A stretch of DNA of 64,000 bases from an uncultured Methylobacillus sp. GTDB taxonomy: Bacteria; Pseudomonadota; Gammaproteobacteria; Burkholderiales; Methylophilaceae. The stretch is from contig CAZGLD010000005.1 in assembly GCA_964526705.1 (NCBI GenBank), positions 21,852-85,851 on the forward strand, given 5' to 3'. Below, piece by piece: positions 10,079 to 20,941 of the stretch. The position numbers and the translations under genes were made by a program. Under the pieces are notes generated by a model. The model was given only the letters and a program-made list of their open reading frames with translations, did not search any database and was not told where the DNA came from. The first letter of the stretch is position 1. The number at the start of each line of letters is the position of its first letter.

Positions 10079-11146
10079 ATGATTTTAGTAAGATACATTA
10101 ATAAAGAATTCTTCATTGGTATATCAATGATTATGATTGGATTAATAAGCTTATTTGCTTTTTTTGACTTTATTCAGGAAATTGGAGATTTAGGCAAAGG
10201 GTCTTACGGAATAATACAGGCCATCTCTTTTGTGATACTCAGTATTCCTGGACATATATACGAGGTTGTTCCCTTGGCCGTTCTTATTGGTGCAATGTAT
10301 ACAATTGGACAATTATCTTATAACTCAGAGCTGAATGTCTTAAGAGCAAGCGGTTATTCAATAAAAAAAATTGCGTGGTCATTGATGTATGTTGGTATTT
10401 TATTCTCATTTTTTACTGTGCTTATTGGAGATTTTATTGCTCCACATTCTGAAAAAAGTGCTCAACAAATAAAAATCATTTCGACTAACTCAAGTGTTAG
10501 CCAAGAATTTAGTTCTGGTTTTTGGATAAAAGATGGGGATAATTTCGTTAATATTGAAAACGTTTTACCTGATTCTTCGTTAGAACAAATTCATATTTAT
10601 GAATTTGATGAAAACTTTAATCTAAGAACTATTGTAGATGCAAAAAATGGCTCTTTTAAAAACGGGGAATGGAAACTCAAGGACATTAAGCAAACTATTC
10701 TTGATAAGGATTCAGTGAAGACAAAAACTATAGAGTCAGGAAGTTGGAAATCTTTAATGCGGCCGGAAATGATGAATGCACTTATAATATCGCCACAAAA
10801 AATGTCATCTATTAACTTATTAAAATTTATAAATTATCTTAAGAAAAATAATCAAAAATCAACAAAATTTGAAGTTGCACTATGGGAAAAATTAATACAT
10901 CCACTTATGCCGTTAGTAATGATTATTTTTGCTATACCCTTTGGCTTTTTGCAGGAACGTTCTGGTGGAAAGTTCTTTAAAATGTTTGTTGGTATTATTA
11001 TTGGAATTGTTTATCAAATTTTAAACACGATGATAAGGCATTTGAGCCTTTTAAATGACTGGCAACCTTTTATAAGCTCATTAATACCAACCCTTATATT
11101 CTTATCTATTGGAATATTTTTAATTAACAAGTTTGAGTACAAATAA
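10079..11146 (+). CDS. lptG: LPS export permease LptG
   Basis: SELNVLRASG, GFWIKDG; follows lptF. Confidence 0.93.
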   Translation: MILVRYINKEFFIGISMIMIGLISLFAFFDFIQEIGDLGKGSYGIIQAISFVILSIPGHIYEVVPLAVLIGAMYTIGQLSYNSELNVLRASGYSIKKIAWSLMYVGILFSFFTVLIGDFIAPHSEKSAQQIKIISTNSSVSQEFSSGFWIKDGDNFVNIENVLPDSSLEQIHIYEFDENFNLRTIVDAKNGSFKNGEWKLKDIKQTILDKDSVKTKTIESGSWKSLMRPEMMNALIISPQKMSSINLLKFINYLKKNNQKSTKFEVALWEKLIHPLMPLVMIIFAIPFGFLQERSGGKFFKMFVGIIIGIVYQILNTMIRHLSLLNDWQPFISSLIPTLIFLSIGIFLINKFEYK

Positions 11147-11525
11147 TTTTAGATTTTAAAATTAAATCATGTACGTATTGTCTTCCACGAAAAATAATAT
11201 ATAAATAAAAAGATAAGAATAAAAAGAGCCCTAAACTAGCAAAAATATACCTATATATATAAAAATATGGTTTGTGATGTTGAGGAGGGATTAATTTCAA
11301 TTTCCAAGCTCTCATTGAAAGTGTTTGCCCTCCATTTGCCCAAGAATAAATAAAATATAACCCAGATGAACACCATAAGATAAAACCTAGTATGCTTGGA
11401 TTAATAGAGTGATTATCTCCAAGAAAAACTAAGGTTATAAAAGTAACAATGAACCATAAAGCAATTTGAATGATTGTCTCATACAAGAAACAGCCATAAA
11501 GTTTTCCAATCCAATGAAGTTTCAT
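11124..11525 (-). CDS. RDD family membrane protein
   Basis: GQTLSMRAWKL and HD motifs; conserved position convergent on lptG. Confidence 0.85.
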   Translation of the reverse strand: MKLHWIGKLYGCFLYETIIQIALWFIVTFITLVFLGDNHSINPSILGFILWCSSGLYFIYSWANGGQTLSMRAWKLKLIPPQHHKPYFYIYRYIFASLGLFLFLSFYLYIIFRGRQYVHDLILKSKIICTQTC

Positions 11526-11551
11526 GTGAGTAAGATTATTGCTTTATTAGC

Positions 11552-11824
11552 TTAGGAAATTTTTTTTTGTATTTTATGAAGGATAGGAATGGCTAATAAA
11601 GCTATAAGACATCCTAGTCCTGTTCCAGTGGCTAGTGGCCAATTTAAACTAACCGCCCCACCCATAAAGTCACTAAATGCATTGCCAAAACCCGCTCCAA
11701 TTACTGCGCCTAATCCTACCTGAAATCGCTTTGGTAAATATTTTTCCAAACCAAGACCAAAAAAAGCCCCTGTTAACATCACCCCATTATCCACTATGCC
11801 AAATAATACATAATCAAAAAACAT
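11552..11824 (-). CDS. Small 3-TM membrane protein with TMEM65-like motifs
   Basis: GGAGG SD; FGIVDNGVM, GNAFSD and GLGCLI motifs. Confidence 0.75.
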   Translation of the reverse strand: MFFDYVLFGIVDNGVMLTGAFFGLGLEKYLPKRFQVGLGAVIGAGFGNAFSDFMGGAVSLNWPLATGTGLGCLIALLAIPILHKIQKKIS

Positions 11825-11915
11825 CTACACCCTCCAAAAAAACTATTTATTCCATACTCGCGAAATAAGATTAAAATAATTCATAATATTAGATAATAAA
11901 TTATAATCGATTTAA

Positions 11916-12476
11916 ATGACATCTGACTCGAAAGTATTACATATTAATGATGAAGGCTTTGTAAAAAACGTAAAGTTTCTACCTTCTCCAAACTATGATT
12001 CAAGACCTAAAAATAGTATTATAAGTTTATTAGTAATTCATAATATTAGCCTTCCGCCTAATAAATATGGAGGAAAATACATTGAACAATTCTTTACTAA
12101 TCAATTGGACTTTTCTGAAGATCCATATTTCCAGAAAATTAAAAATCTAAAAGTATCCCCACATTTTGTTATTAATAGAGTGGGCAGGCTTATACAGTTT
12201 GTTAGTTGCAGAGATAGAGCTTGGCATGCAGGTACATCTGAATGGAAAGGGGAAAAAAAATGTAATGATTTTTCTATTGGAATTGAGCTGGAGGGTTCTG
12301 ATCACATAAAATACACTAAATTACAATATAAGAAACTTAACCAACTCATTGACTGTCTCACAGCAAAATATGATATAAAAGATGTTGTAGGTCATTGTAA
12401 TATTGCCCCCGGACGAAAAACAGATCCAGGCCCCCTTTTTAATTGGGATTTAATTAATACTGGAAAAAATACATGA
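11916..12476 (+). CDS. ampD: 1,6-anhydro-N-acetylmuramyl-L-alanine amidase
   Basis: HNISLPP, RAWHAG, SIGIELEG, RKTDPG. Confidence 0.96.
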   Translation: MTSDSKVLHINDEGFVKNVKFLPSPNYDSRPKNSIISLLVIHNISLPPNKYGGKYIEQFFTNQLDFSEDPYFQKIKNLKVSPHFVINRVGRLIQFVSCRDRAWHAGTSEWKGEKKCNDFSIGIELEGSDHIKYTKLQYKKLNQLIDCLTAKYDIKDVVGHCNIAPGRKTDPGPLFNWDLINTGKNT

Positions 12477-13543
12477 AAATTAGTTTTAAATTTGTGTTTG
12501 TATTTGCTGTAGTCATTGCTTTTATACAGGGTTGCAGCGAAAAAGAATTACCGAAAGAAAAAGTTAAGAGGGCTATCTATATAACAACAGCTAAAGCTAT
12601 TTTAGAAAATTTTGATGATAAAGAATCTGCAATAGGCTCTATTAAAGGAATTATTGATCCTACTATTTCTTCCGAAATTTTAGGCAAGGTAACTAAACTT
12701 CAAGTAAGAACTGGTTCTATTGTAAAAAAAGGAGATCTTCTAGCGGAAATAGAAAGAAAGGATTATCTTTACCAGCTATCTCTTGCCAGTGCTGAGGTAA
12801 AAAAACTTGAAGCACGACTTGCTAATCAAGAAAAAATTTATTTAAGAAATCTAACTTTAGTCGATAAAGAGTTTATTTCTTCTAATGCTTTAGATTCTAT
12901 CATTGCAGAAAAAGATCAAATGGTCGAAGAATTGATGATAGCCAAAGCAAAAAAAAATATAGCACAATCTACAATTGCAAAAACAAAAATTTACTCCCCT
13001 ATTAACGGAGTGATTGAAAAACAATTTCCTTCAATCGGTGATCTACTTAAGATTGGGGATCCAATATATCAAATAATTAGTAACAAGAAATTAAGAGCTC
13101 ACATTCCATTTCCTGAGGTATTAGCGCGAAAATTAAAACCAGGCATTCCGATAAAGCTAAAAACACCAACTTCAGAAAATGAAATTATTGCAAAGGTAGC
13201 TGAATTAAAGCCTAAGTTAAAGGCTGAGAATAGATCGATTGATATTATTGCTGATATTGATGGTCAATCCGAATGGCAACCTGGTGCCAGCGTGAAAGGG
13301 ACTGTAATTTTTTCAAGCAGAAAAGGTGTAGCTGTACCGGAGCAAAGTGTTGTTTTAAGACCTGCTGGTCAAGTAGTATATATTGTTAATAACAATATAG
13401 TTGAGCAGCGAAAAGTCGTTATAGGGGTTAACCAAGACGGTCTTATTGAAATAATATCAGGTTTAGAGGTTGATGAAATAGTTGCGCTTGATGGTGCAGC
13501 TTACTTATCCGATAAAACTCCCATTAATATCTCGTCGCCATAG
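12473..13543 (+). CDS. RND efflux membrane fusion protein (lipoprotein)
   Basis: IQGC lipobox, lipoyl half-motifs (VKKGDLL, IYSPINGVI), coiled hairpin. Confidence 0.9.
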   Translation: MKISFKFVFVFAVVIAFIQGCSEKELPKEKVKRAIYITTAKAILENFDDKESAIGSIKGIIDPTISSEILGKVTKLQVRTGSIVKKGDLLAEIERKDYLYQLSLASAEVKKLEARLANQEKIYLRNLTLVDKEFISSNALDSIIAEKDQMVEELMIAKAKKNIAQSTIAKTKIYSPINGVIEKQFPSIGDLLKIGDPIYQIISNKKLRAHIPFPEVLARKLKPGIPIKLKTPTSENEIIAKVAELKPKLKAENRSIDIIADIDGQSEWQPGASVKGTVIFSSRKGVAVPEQSVVLRPAGQVVYIVNNNIVEQRKVVIGVNQDGLIEIISGLEVDEIVALDGAAYLSDKTPINISSP

Positions 13544-13546
13544 AAT

Positions 13547-16500
13547 ATGTCATTACCTGAAATTTCAATTCGACGTCATGTTCTAGCTTGGATGATTTCT
13601 TCGGTATTTGTTTTATTGGGAATAATTAGCTTCCAAAAAATTGGTATCGATAAATTTCCTACAATCGATTTTCCAATTCTTACTGTAACAACTACACTCC
13701 AAGGAGCAAGTCCTGAAATTATTGACTCTAGTATTACAAATTTAATTGAAGAAGCAGTTAACACAACACCAGGTATTGAATCTATTAAGTCTCAATCTTC
13801 ACCAGGAGTTTCTGTTGTGAGTGTTACATTTAATTTAGATAAGGATATTGAAGTTGCCTTTAATGAAATTCAATCTAAAATCAGTCAACTAGCCCGGCGA
13901 CTTCCCGATGATATTGTTCCTCCTGTAGTTCGCAAAGTTGAAACGAATGCATCTGCAATTATGTGGCTAGGCCTAACTGGAGATCGGACTGTTCAACAAT
14001 TAAATCTTTATGCAAATAATTTTTTAAAGAAAAAATTAGAAACCGTAGATGGAGTTGGCTATGTCACGTTGGGTGGGAGGAGAGACAGAACTATAAGAAT
14101 TAATTTACTCCCTGAAAAAATGGCCTCCTTAAATATAACTGCTAATGATTTAATTTTAGCCTTCAATAATGAACACGTTCAATTACCAGGTGGTTTCCTT
14201 GTAAGAGCTCAGTCAGAAAAAATGTTTAAATTAGATTTAGAATTTCATAAAATTAAAGATCTAAGAGAAATGATTGTTGCTTATCGTGATGGTGGTCCCA
14301 TTAAAATTAAAGATATAGCTGAAGTAGAGGATGGTTTGGATGATTATCGGCAAACTGCTCGTCATAATAACAAACCGTCCATTGGGCTTGGGATTATCAA
14401 AGTAGCAAATTCTAATACCGTTGATATTATCAATAGAATTAAAGAGAAGATTGATTCTCAAATAAGGCCTAGCTTACCTCCAGGATTAAATTTAAAGGTG
14501 TCAACTGATGATTCTATTTACATTAAATCTATGGTGAAGTCACTTCAGAATCATATTCTTGAAGGGACTCTTCTAGCAGCTCTTGTTGTATTATTTTTTT
14601 TAAAATCTCTTAGATCTACATTTATTATTGCAATCGCAATTCCTATTTCGCTTTTTGGATCTATTGCTGTCATGTATTTTTATGGTTTTACTTTTAATAG
14701 CATGACCCTGCTTGCTTTAATACTTTTGATCGGTGTTGTTGTTGATGACTCAATCGTTGTCCTGGAAAATATTTTCCGTCATCAAAAAACTATCGATAAA
14801 AATATTTTTAACGCAGCTATTAATGGAAGTAAGGAAGTAGTTTTTGCAGTCCTGGCCTCTTCATTGGCTCTGGTATGTATTTTTGCGCCAGTTATATTTA
14901 TGGATGGGATTATAGGACGTTTTTTTGAATCTTTTGCAGTAGTTGTAACTGCTGGAATATTAGTATCATTGATAATTTCACTTACATTGACTCCAATGTT
15001 GTGTTCAAAGTTTTTAGCAATGAAAGAGAAAGAAATTCATTGGCTTAAAGGTTTAAACAATTTTTTTGAAAAACTAGATAGAGCTTATAAGAAAATATTA
15101 GCTTGGACATTAGGACATAGATTAAAAGTTTTGATATCTAGTCTTATTATAGTGCTTGCTAGCAGTTTTCTTTTTTCAAAGGTTGAAAAGACATTAGTAC
15201 CTGAGCAAGATGAAAGTCGATTTACAGTTAGATTTAAGACTCCGCTTGGTTCTAATATTGAATATACCTACAATAAACTATTAGAAGTTGAAGGAATTAT
15301 TAATCAATACAAAGAATACACCGCCAGTGTTTTCTCATCGATTGGATTGGGGAGTAGAGGTCAGGTTAATAGCGGTTTTATAAGTGTAAGGCTTAAAGAT
15401 AAAGACAATCGCTTACTATCGCAGTCTGAAATTATGGCTAAAATGCGATTGGATTTTAATAAACTATCTGGCGTAAAAGCATTTGCTTCGGGGGTTTCGT
15501 TTGCTGGTGGAAGGCGTTCAGAAAAATTACAATTTTCAATCACTGGACCAAGTATCGATAAGGTTGCTGCTTTAAGTGACGAACTATTAATAAAGCTATC
15601 AGAGAATGAGGGATTGGGAAGCATTGATCTTAATTTACAACTGAATCTACCGCAAATGATTTTAAATATAGATAGAGAAAGGGCATCTGGTTTTGGAATT
15701 ACTGCTTCTCAGATTGCTGAATCAATTTCTGTGCTTAGTAATGGGTTGGATGTAGCAAGATTTAATGATGAACCTGGAGATGGTCAAAGGTATGATATTA
15801 GACTGAAGGCGAAGGAGGGATCATTTGAGCAGTTGAATGATCTTAATAAAATTTACTTGAGAAGCAAGTCAGGAGATTTAGTTCGCTTAGATACGATAGC
15901 TTCATTTAATCAAGAATTAGGTCCAGCAGTTATTGGTCGCAAAGATTTACAATATTCATCTAGTTTTTTTTCGAATCCAACATTGTCTCTTGGTGAAGCA
16001 GTAAAGTTAGTTAAAAAAGCGAGCAAAAATATACTTCCAGGAGAATATTCTATTCAACTAGAGGGGCAAGCTAAAGAGTTTGCAAAGACTATGAATAATA
16101 TTATTTTTGTATTTATTCTTGCGACTGTTTTGCTTTATATGGTTCTTGCCAGTCTATTTAATTCATTTTTTCAGCCCTTAATAGTTATGTTAGCTCAGCC
16201 ATTAGCAGTAGTTGGTGGTATATTTTTATTGTGGATTACTGGAAATAGCCTAAACATTTACTCAATGATAGGGATGGTTCTTTTAATAGGACTTGTTGCA
16301 AAAAACTCCATACTACTGGTAGATATGACAAATCAATTTAAAGCTGCAGGGAAATCAACAGATCAAGCTCTTTTAGAGGCTTGTCCAATTCGCCTTCGAC
16401 CAGTTCTAATGACATCTCTTACCTTGATATTAGCTTTGCTGCCGGCTGCTTTAGGATATGGTGCTGGGTCTGAATCAAACGGGCCACTTGCCATTGCTGT

Positions 16501-16591
16501 TATTGGAGGGATGATATCTTCCACTTTACTTACCCTTATTGTTATTCCTGCAGCTTATTCACTTTCAGTTCGCTTTATTGATAAGAAATAA
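13547..16591 (+). CDS. RND efflux permease (AcrB/HAE1 family)
   Basis: VVDDSIVVLEN, AKNSIL, RLRPVLMT proton-relay motifs; 1014 aa. Confidence 0.95.
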   Translation: MSLPEISIRRHVLAWMISSVFVLLGIISFQKIGIDKFPTIDFPILTVTTTLQGASPEIIDSSITNLIEEAVNTTPGIESIKSQSSPGVSVVSVTFNLDKDIEVAFNEIQSKISQLARRLPDDIVPPVVRKVETNASAIMWLGLTGDRTVQQLNLYANNFLKKKLETVDGVGYVTLGGRRDRTIRINLLPEKMASLNITANDLILAFNNEHVQLPGGFLVRAQSEKMFKLDLEFHKIKDLREMIVAYRDGGPIKIKDIAEVEDGLDDYRQTARHNNKPSIGLGIIKVANSNTVDIINRIKEKIDSQIRPSLPPGLNLKVSTDDSIYIKSMVKSLQNHILEGTLLAALVVLFFLKSLRSTFIIAIAIPISLFGSIAVMYFYGFTFNSMTLLALILLIGVVVDDSIVVLENIFRHQKTIDKNIFNAAINGSKEVVFAVLASSLALVCIFAPVIFMDGIIGRFFESFAVVVTAGILVSLIISLTLTPMLCSKFLAMKEKEIHWLKGLNNFFEKLDRAYKKILAWTLGHRLKVLISSLIIVLASSFLFSKVEKTLVPEQDESRFTVRFKTPLGSNIEYTYNKLLEVEGIINQYKEYTASVFSSIGLGSRGQVNSGFISVRLKDKDNRLLSQSEIMAKMRLDFNKLSGVKAFASGVSFAGGRRSEKLQFSITGPSIDKVAALSDELLIKLSENEGLGSIDLNLQLNLPQMILNIDRERASGFGITASQIAESISVLSNGLDVARFNDEPGDGQRYDIRLKAKEGSFEQLNDLNKIYLRSKSGDLVRLDTIASFNQELGPAVIGRKDLQYSSSFFSNPTLSLGEAVKLVKKASKNILPGEYSIQLEGQAKEFAKTMNNIIFVFILATVLLYMVLASLFNSFFQPLIVMLAQPLAVVGGIFLLWITGNSLNIYSMIGMVLLIGLVAKNSILLVDMTNQFKAAGKSTDQALLEACPIRLRPVLMTSLTLILALLPAALGYGAGSESNGPLAIAVIGGMISSTLLTLIVIPAAYSLSVRFIDKK

Positions 16592-16593
16592 AA

Positions 16594-17814
16594 TCATAAC
16601 TTAGATACCTTTTGTACAATAAGTGCACCAACCAAATCTCCCTCTACATTTATCGTTGTTCTAAAGGTATCTAATAGTCTATCCATTGGTAATAATAGCG
16701 CCAGTGCTTCCAAAGGAAGGCCTAGTACTTGTAACACCATAGCCATAGTTACCATTCCAGCACTTGGAATTCCGGGTGCGCCAATGGAAGCAACCATAGC
16801 TATAAAAAATAATATTAACTGTTGTGATAATGCCAAATCCATACCAACAAGATTGGCAATAAAAAGGGCTGCAGCTGCCTCATAGAGTGCAGTTCCATCC
16901 ATGTTTATAGTTGCGCCAAGAGGAAGGACAAAATTTGATACGCTTTTGGGTACTTTAAAATTATCATTAGCAACACTTAAGGTTAGCGGCAGAGTTGCAG
17001 CACTTGAGCTTGTTGCAAATGCACTAATAAAAGCAGGTTTACCACTCCTCCATAATTCAATAGGGGTAATCTTAGTAAAAAAGAACAATAATGATGGTAT
17101 AACAATGAGTCCATGAATTAAAATAATGGCTATCACTGTAAATACAAAAATACTTAGCTGAGAAAAAAGCTCTGCGGACTGCCCCTCAATCATGGTTGCT
17201 AGTAAGGCTAAAATTCCAAGCGGTGCAAACATCATAATCCAGTGTACTATTCTCAACATTACTTCATAGAGACTTTCAAACACTTTTTTAGCAGCAAGGC
17301 TTTTTTGCCCCAAGCTATTAAGGCTAGCACCTATTAAAATAGAAAAAATTATAATGGGTAATATATTGCTTGATGATAAAGAATGAAACGGGTTTGAAAA
17401 TAAACTCAATATAAATTGCTTTAAAAAATCATTCATAGACATTGTCTTAGAAATAACTGCTGGAGTTGATGGCCATGATTCAATAATCATGCCTACGCCT
17501 GGATTAATAAAATTCATTACTAGAAGTGCCACAAAAATTGCTATTGCCATGGTGCTAAAAAAATATGTAAGCGTATATTTCCAAACGCTACTTGATTTTT
17601 TACTACTGCCTAAGTTTGAAACTCCTACAATAATTGAAAAAAATACAAGCGGTACTAATATCATTTTAAGTGACTTGATAAATAATTGACCAATTAAGTC
17701 ACATAATTCAAGAATAGGCGCATATAAAACCCACACTGGAAAAAACTTTAAAATAAAACCAAGTAAAATTCCCAGTAATGCTGCAATAAAAATATTTCTA
17801 TTAATATTATTCAT
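16594..17814 (-). CDS. Dicarboxylate/amino acid:cation symporter (GltP/DAACS)
   Basis: TSSSAATLP, GATINMDGTALY, DTFRTTINVEGD. Confidence 0.93.
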   Translation of the reverse strand: MNNINRNIFIAALLGILLGFILKFFPVWVLYAPILELCDLIGQLFIKSLKMILVPLVFFSIIVGVSNLGSSKKSSSVWKYTLTYFFSTMAIAIFVALLVMNFINPGVGMIIESWPSTPAVISKTMSMNDFLKQFILSLFSNPFHSLSSSNILPIIIFSILIGASLNSLGQKSLAAKKVFESLYEVMLRIVHWIMMFAPLGILALLATMIEGQSAELFSQLSIFVFTVIAIILIHGLIVIPSLLFFFTKITPIELWRSGKPAFISAFATSSSAATLPLTLSVANDNFKVPKSVSNFVLPLGATINMDGTALYEAAAALFIANLVGMDLALSQQLILFFIAMVASIGAPGIPSAGMVTMAMVLQVLGLPLEALALLLPMDRLLDTFRTTINVEGDLVGALIVQKVSKL

Positions 17815-19079
17815 TAGGCTATCCTCTCCATCAGTGCACCAAAAAAACTATCCGTTTTATGACGATGTGTTGTTAATTTTAAATAATCTCCATTTCCTAT
17901 ATCTACCCCATGTTTTTTCATAACTTTATGTTGAGGAAGAATTATAAAATTTTTATTATCCGCTAAAAATGAATCTACGATTTTTTCGTTTTCATCTTCT
18001 AGTATGCTACAGGTTGCGTAAACTAAATACGCTCCTTTCTTGCATAACTTGGCTGCTGCTGACAAAATTGCTGCTTGCTTAACCACTAGCTCACTCAAAG
18101 CATTTTCATTTTGTCTCCATTTTAAATCTGGATTCCTTCTTAAAGTTCCTAAACCCGTACATGGTGCGTCCACTAGAACACGATCAAATTTATTTCTTAA
18201 TCTCTTTATCTTTAAGTCATTTTCATTATTAATTTTTTGCATAGCAATATTAGACGCCCCAGATCTCTTTAGCCTTTGCTTTAAATTTGCTAAACGCTTT
18301 TCAGAAACATCAAAAGCATATATTCGTCCAGTATTTTTCATCATTGCTGATATACCAAGCGTTTTTCCACCGGCACCGGCACAAAAATCAGCAACCATAT
18401 GTCCTCTTTTTGCATCCAGTAAATAAGTAAGGAGTTGGCTTCCCTCCTCTTGAACTTCAATAGATCCATCCAAAAATAATTTATGTTTTTGAATTGCGGT
18501 TCCTCTTGGTAAACTAATTCCTAGCTTTGATAGAGGCGTTTCAAAAATTTTTGTTTTTTCAAAGTTAAAAGAAAACGTTAGCTGTTCAATAACCTCCTTA
18601 ACAGAAATATTATTTATAGTATTAACTCGAATATTTAATGGTGCTGGAGATAGTAATGCTGAGCCTAATTTAATAGACTCCTCCTCCCCATAAGAAGTAA
18701 CTAATCTCTTCCAAATCCAATCAGGGAGGCTAAGCTTCACTGGCCATGAATCAATATGTATTTTATTTTTTTTCTTTTCTCTGAGCCATTCAGTTTCATA
18801 CTCATCAATAAATAAACTTAGCTCTTTAATACTTTTGCCCTGAACAACTAATAGATAAATCAAGATCATCTTGTTCAAATTAGCATTTTCTACAATAGTT
18901 TCAAGTAATTTTTTATTTCTAATCACTCCGTAAAATAACTCCGCAATATCTGATCTATCGTGACTTCCTAATTGTCGGTTCTTCTTAAAAAAATAACTTA
19001 ACTGTACATCTGCAGGTAAATTCCTTGAGAAGCTTTCCTCCAAAATTTCTATGCAGGATTTTATTATTAATTTGTTCAT
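17814..19079 (-). CDS. RsmB/NOP-family m5C RNA methyltransferase
   Basis: DFCAGAGGKT, DAPCTG, YATCS. Confidence 0.92.
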   Translation of the reverse strand: MNKLIIKSCIEILEESFSRNLPADVQLSYFFKKNRQLGSHDRSDIAELFYGVIRNKKLLETIVENANLNKMILIYLLVVQGKSIKELSLFIDEYETEWLREKKKNKIHIDSWPVKLSLPDWIWKRLVTSYGEEESIKLGSALLSPAPLNIRVNTINNISVKEVIEQLTFSFNFEKTKIFETPLSKLGISLPRGTAIQKHKLFLDGSIEVQEEGSQLLTYLLDAKRGHMVADFCAGAGGKTLGISAMMKNTGRIYAFDVSEKRLANLKQRLKRSGASNIAMQKINNENDLKIKRLRNKFDRVLVDAPCTGLGTLRRNPDLKWRQNENALSELVVKQAAILSAAAKLCKKGAYLVYATCSILEDENEKIVDSFLADNKNFIILPQHKVMKKHGVDIGNGDYLKLTTHRHKTDSFFGALMERIA

Positions 19080-19112
19080 TTGCTTTGCTTCCGGATGCGT
19101 TAATTTAAAACA

Positions 19113-19826
19113 TTAAAGAGGTAAATTAGTGCTCACTAATACTTGATTAATGATTAATCCAATATCAGTAGGTATGGTGAGCTTAACAGGTATACGATAA
19201 TTATTTTTTGAAATCCATACTTGATGGTTCGATTTTTCGCGGCCAATAATTTTACCTTCATATAATTCAGTACCAACAATTTTTTTATTAAGGTCTATAA
19301 AATCATCCTTTATTTTTTTGTACTCATAAGTTCTAACTTTTTTACCTTGAAAAACTTCAAAACGATAAACTTCTTTTTTTGACTCGATTAAATTAAACTG
19401 GAATAAATATATGGCTAGATCAAGAGTTCCGCTTATTAACTCTTTTTCAATTTTTCTACCTTTATAGTTTGATATTATTAAATTGTTATCATAAACAAAT
19501 GTAGCTTCTATATTTTTTTTTGGACGCTTTTTATTTCTATGCTCAAATTTACTTGGGAGGAAAAACTGATTTTTTATTTTTCCTTGGCTAACAAGATTTC
19601 TATTACCCATCAGACTTAATATGCCCTGACCTTTGATTTCTACATTTAAAAGATAATTATTTTTTTCTTGTTTGTAATCGACCTTAATTTCTCCAACCTT
19701 TGCAGCAGACTGCAATAGATCATATTGCACAGTAAATTGTTTTGGGAAATCATCAGCTAAAGCATTAATACTTAATGTGATTAAGCTTGCAAATAAAATA
19801 CTAAATAATTTTAACTTGATGGTCAT
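19113..19826 (-). CDS. DUF3108-like exported protein
   Basis: Signal peptide, D-L...W...YRIPVK pattern, position downstream of purM. Confidence 0.7.
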   Translation of the reverse strand: MTIKLKLFSILFASLITLSINALADDFPKQFTVQYDLLQSAAKVGEIKVDYKQEKNNYLLNVEIKGQGILSLMGNRNLVSQGKIKNQFFLPSKFEHRNKKRPKKNIEATFVYDNNLIISNYKGRKIEKELISGTLDLAIYLFQFNLIESKKEVYRFEVFQGKKVRTYEYKKIKDDFIDLNKKIVGTELYEGKIIGREKSNHQVWISKNNYRIPVKLTIPTDIGLIINQVLVSTNLPL

Positions 19827-20850
19827 TCGTTTCTAACTGCTCAATTTTACCAATGATATGAACCTCTTCCCCAAAACTTTCCAAGACATTAATTGCCTCT
19901 TTTATATCTGTCTCATTTATAATTACTACCATACCAAGGCCACAATTAAATGTTTTAAAGAGTTCTTCATTGTCTAAATTTGCTTCTTCCTTAATCCATT
20001 GAAATAATTGAGGTAACTTCCATGATTTTTTATTAACAACAGCAGACAAATGCTCAGGGAGTATTCTGGGGATATTTTCTAATATTCCTCCTCCAGTAAT
20101 ATGGGCCATTGCATTAATGTCGATTTTATTAATCAATGCAAGTATTGGTTTTACATAAATTTTTGTTGGTGCCATGAGTACGTCAGCAAATTTTTTTCCG
20201 TGAAAATCACTTTGTAAATCAACTTTGGTATTATTAAGAATTTTTCGTATTAATGAATAACCATTTGAATGTGCACCCGAGGATGCAAGTCCAAGAATAA
20301 TATTGCCTTCTTTGACTCTGGAACCATCGATAATTTTATGCTTTTCCACTGCGCCAACACAAAAACCTGCCAGATCATATTCGCCATCAGGATACATCCC
20401 AGGCATTTCAGCTGTTTCTCCGCCAACTAAGGAACAATTTGCAAGTAGACAGCCGTCTGCTATTCCTTTAATTATTCGAGAAGCTGAATCAACGTCTAAC
20501 TTACCGCAAGCATAGTAATCCAAGAAGAAAAGAGGTTCAGCTCCTTGAACTAAAATATCATTGACACACATAGCAACTAAGTCTTGCCCTATGGTTTCAT
20601 GATTGTTTAAATCGAATGCAAGCTTAAGTTTTGTGCCAACCCCATCGGTACCAGAAACTAATACTGGTTTGTTGTATTTTTCTGGAATTTCGAACAATGA
20701 ACCAAATCCACCGAGTCCGCCAATAGCCTCTTTACGCGATGTTTTCTTTGCATATGGCTTAATTTTATCAATTAATTTATCGCCAGCATCTATATTAACT
20801 CCAGCATCTTTATAGGAAATGGTTTTTTTATTGTTAGATTCTTTAGACAA
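19801..20850 (-). CDS. purM: Phosphoribosylformylglycinamidine cyclo-ligase
   Basis: [28 protein letters not shown]; TTG start. Confidence 0.97.
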   Translation of the reverse strand: MSKESNNKKTISYKDAGVNIDAGDKLIDKIKPYAKKTSRKEAIGGLGGFGSLFEIPEKYNKPVLVSGTDGVGTKLKLAFDLNNHETIGQDLVAMCVNDILVQGAEPLFFLDYYACGKLDVDSASRIIKGIADGCLLANCSLVGGETAEMPGMYPDGEYDLAGFCVGAVEKHKIIDGSRVKEGNIILGLASSGAHSNGYSLIRKILNNTKVDLQSDFHGKKFADVLMAPTKIYVKPILALINKIDINAMAHITGGGILENIPRILPEHLSAVVNKKSWKLPQLFQWIKEEANLDNEELFKTFNCGLGMVVIINETDIKEAINVLESFGEEVHIIGKIEQLETNDHQVKII

Positions 20851-20941
20851 AAATTATTTCCTCATATTTTAATTGGCTACTTTACGTATAATATAATTTT
20901 AACTGATATTACTATCGAATTATTATTTTATACATTCAATA

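Noticed and set aside
12473-16591. RND pump without an outer-membrane factor gene
   Set aside because: Common arrangement; TolC-type channels are often encoded elsewhere
17814-19079. Second RsmB-family gene as a recent duplication
   Set aside because: Two divergent paralogues are normal in betaproteobacteria
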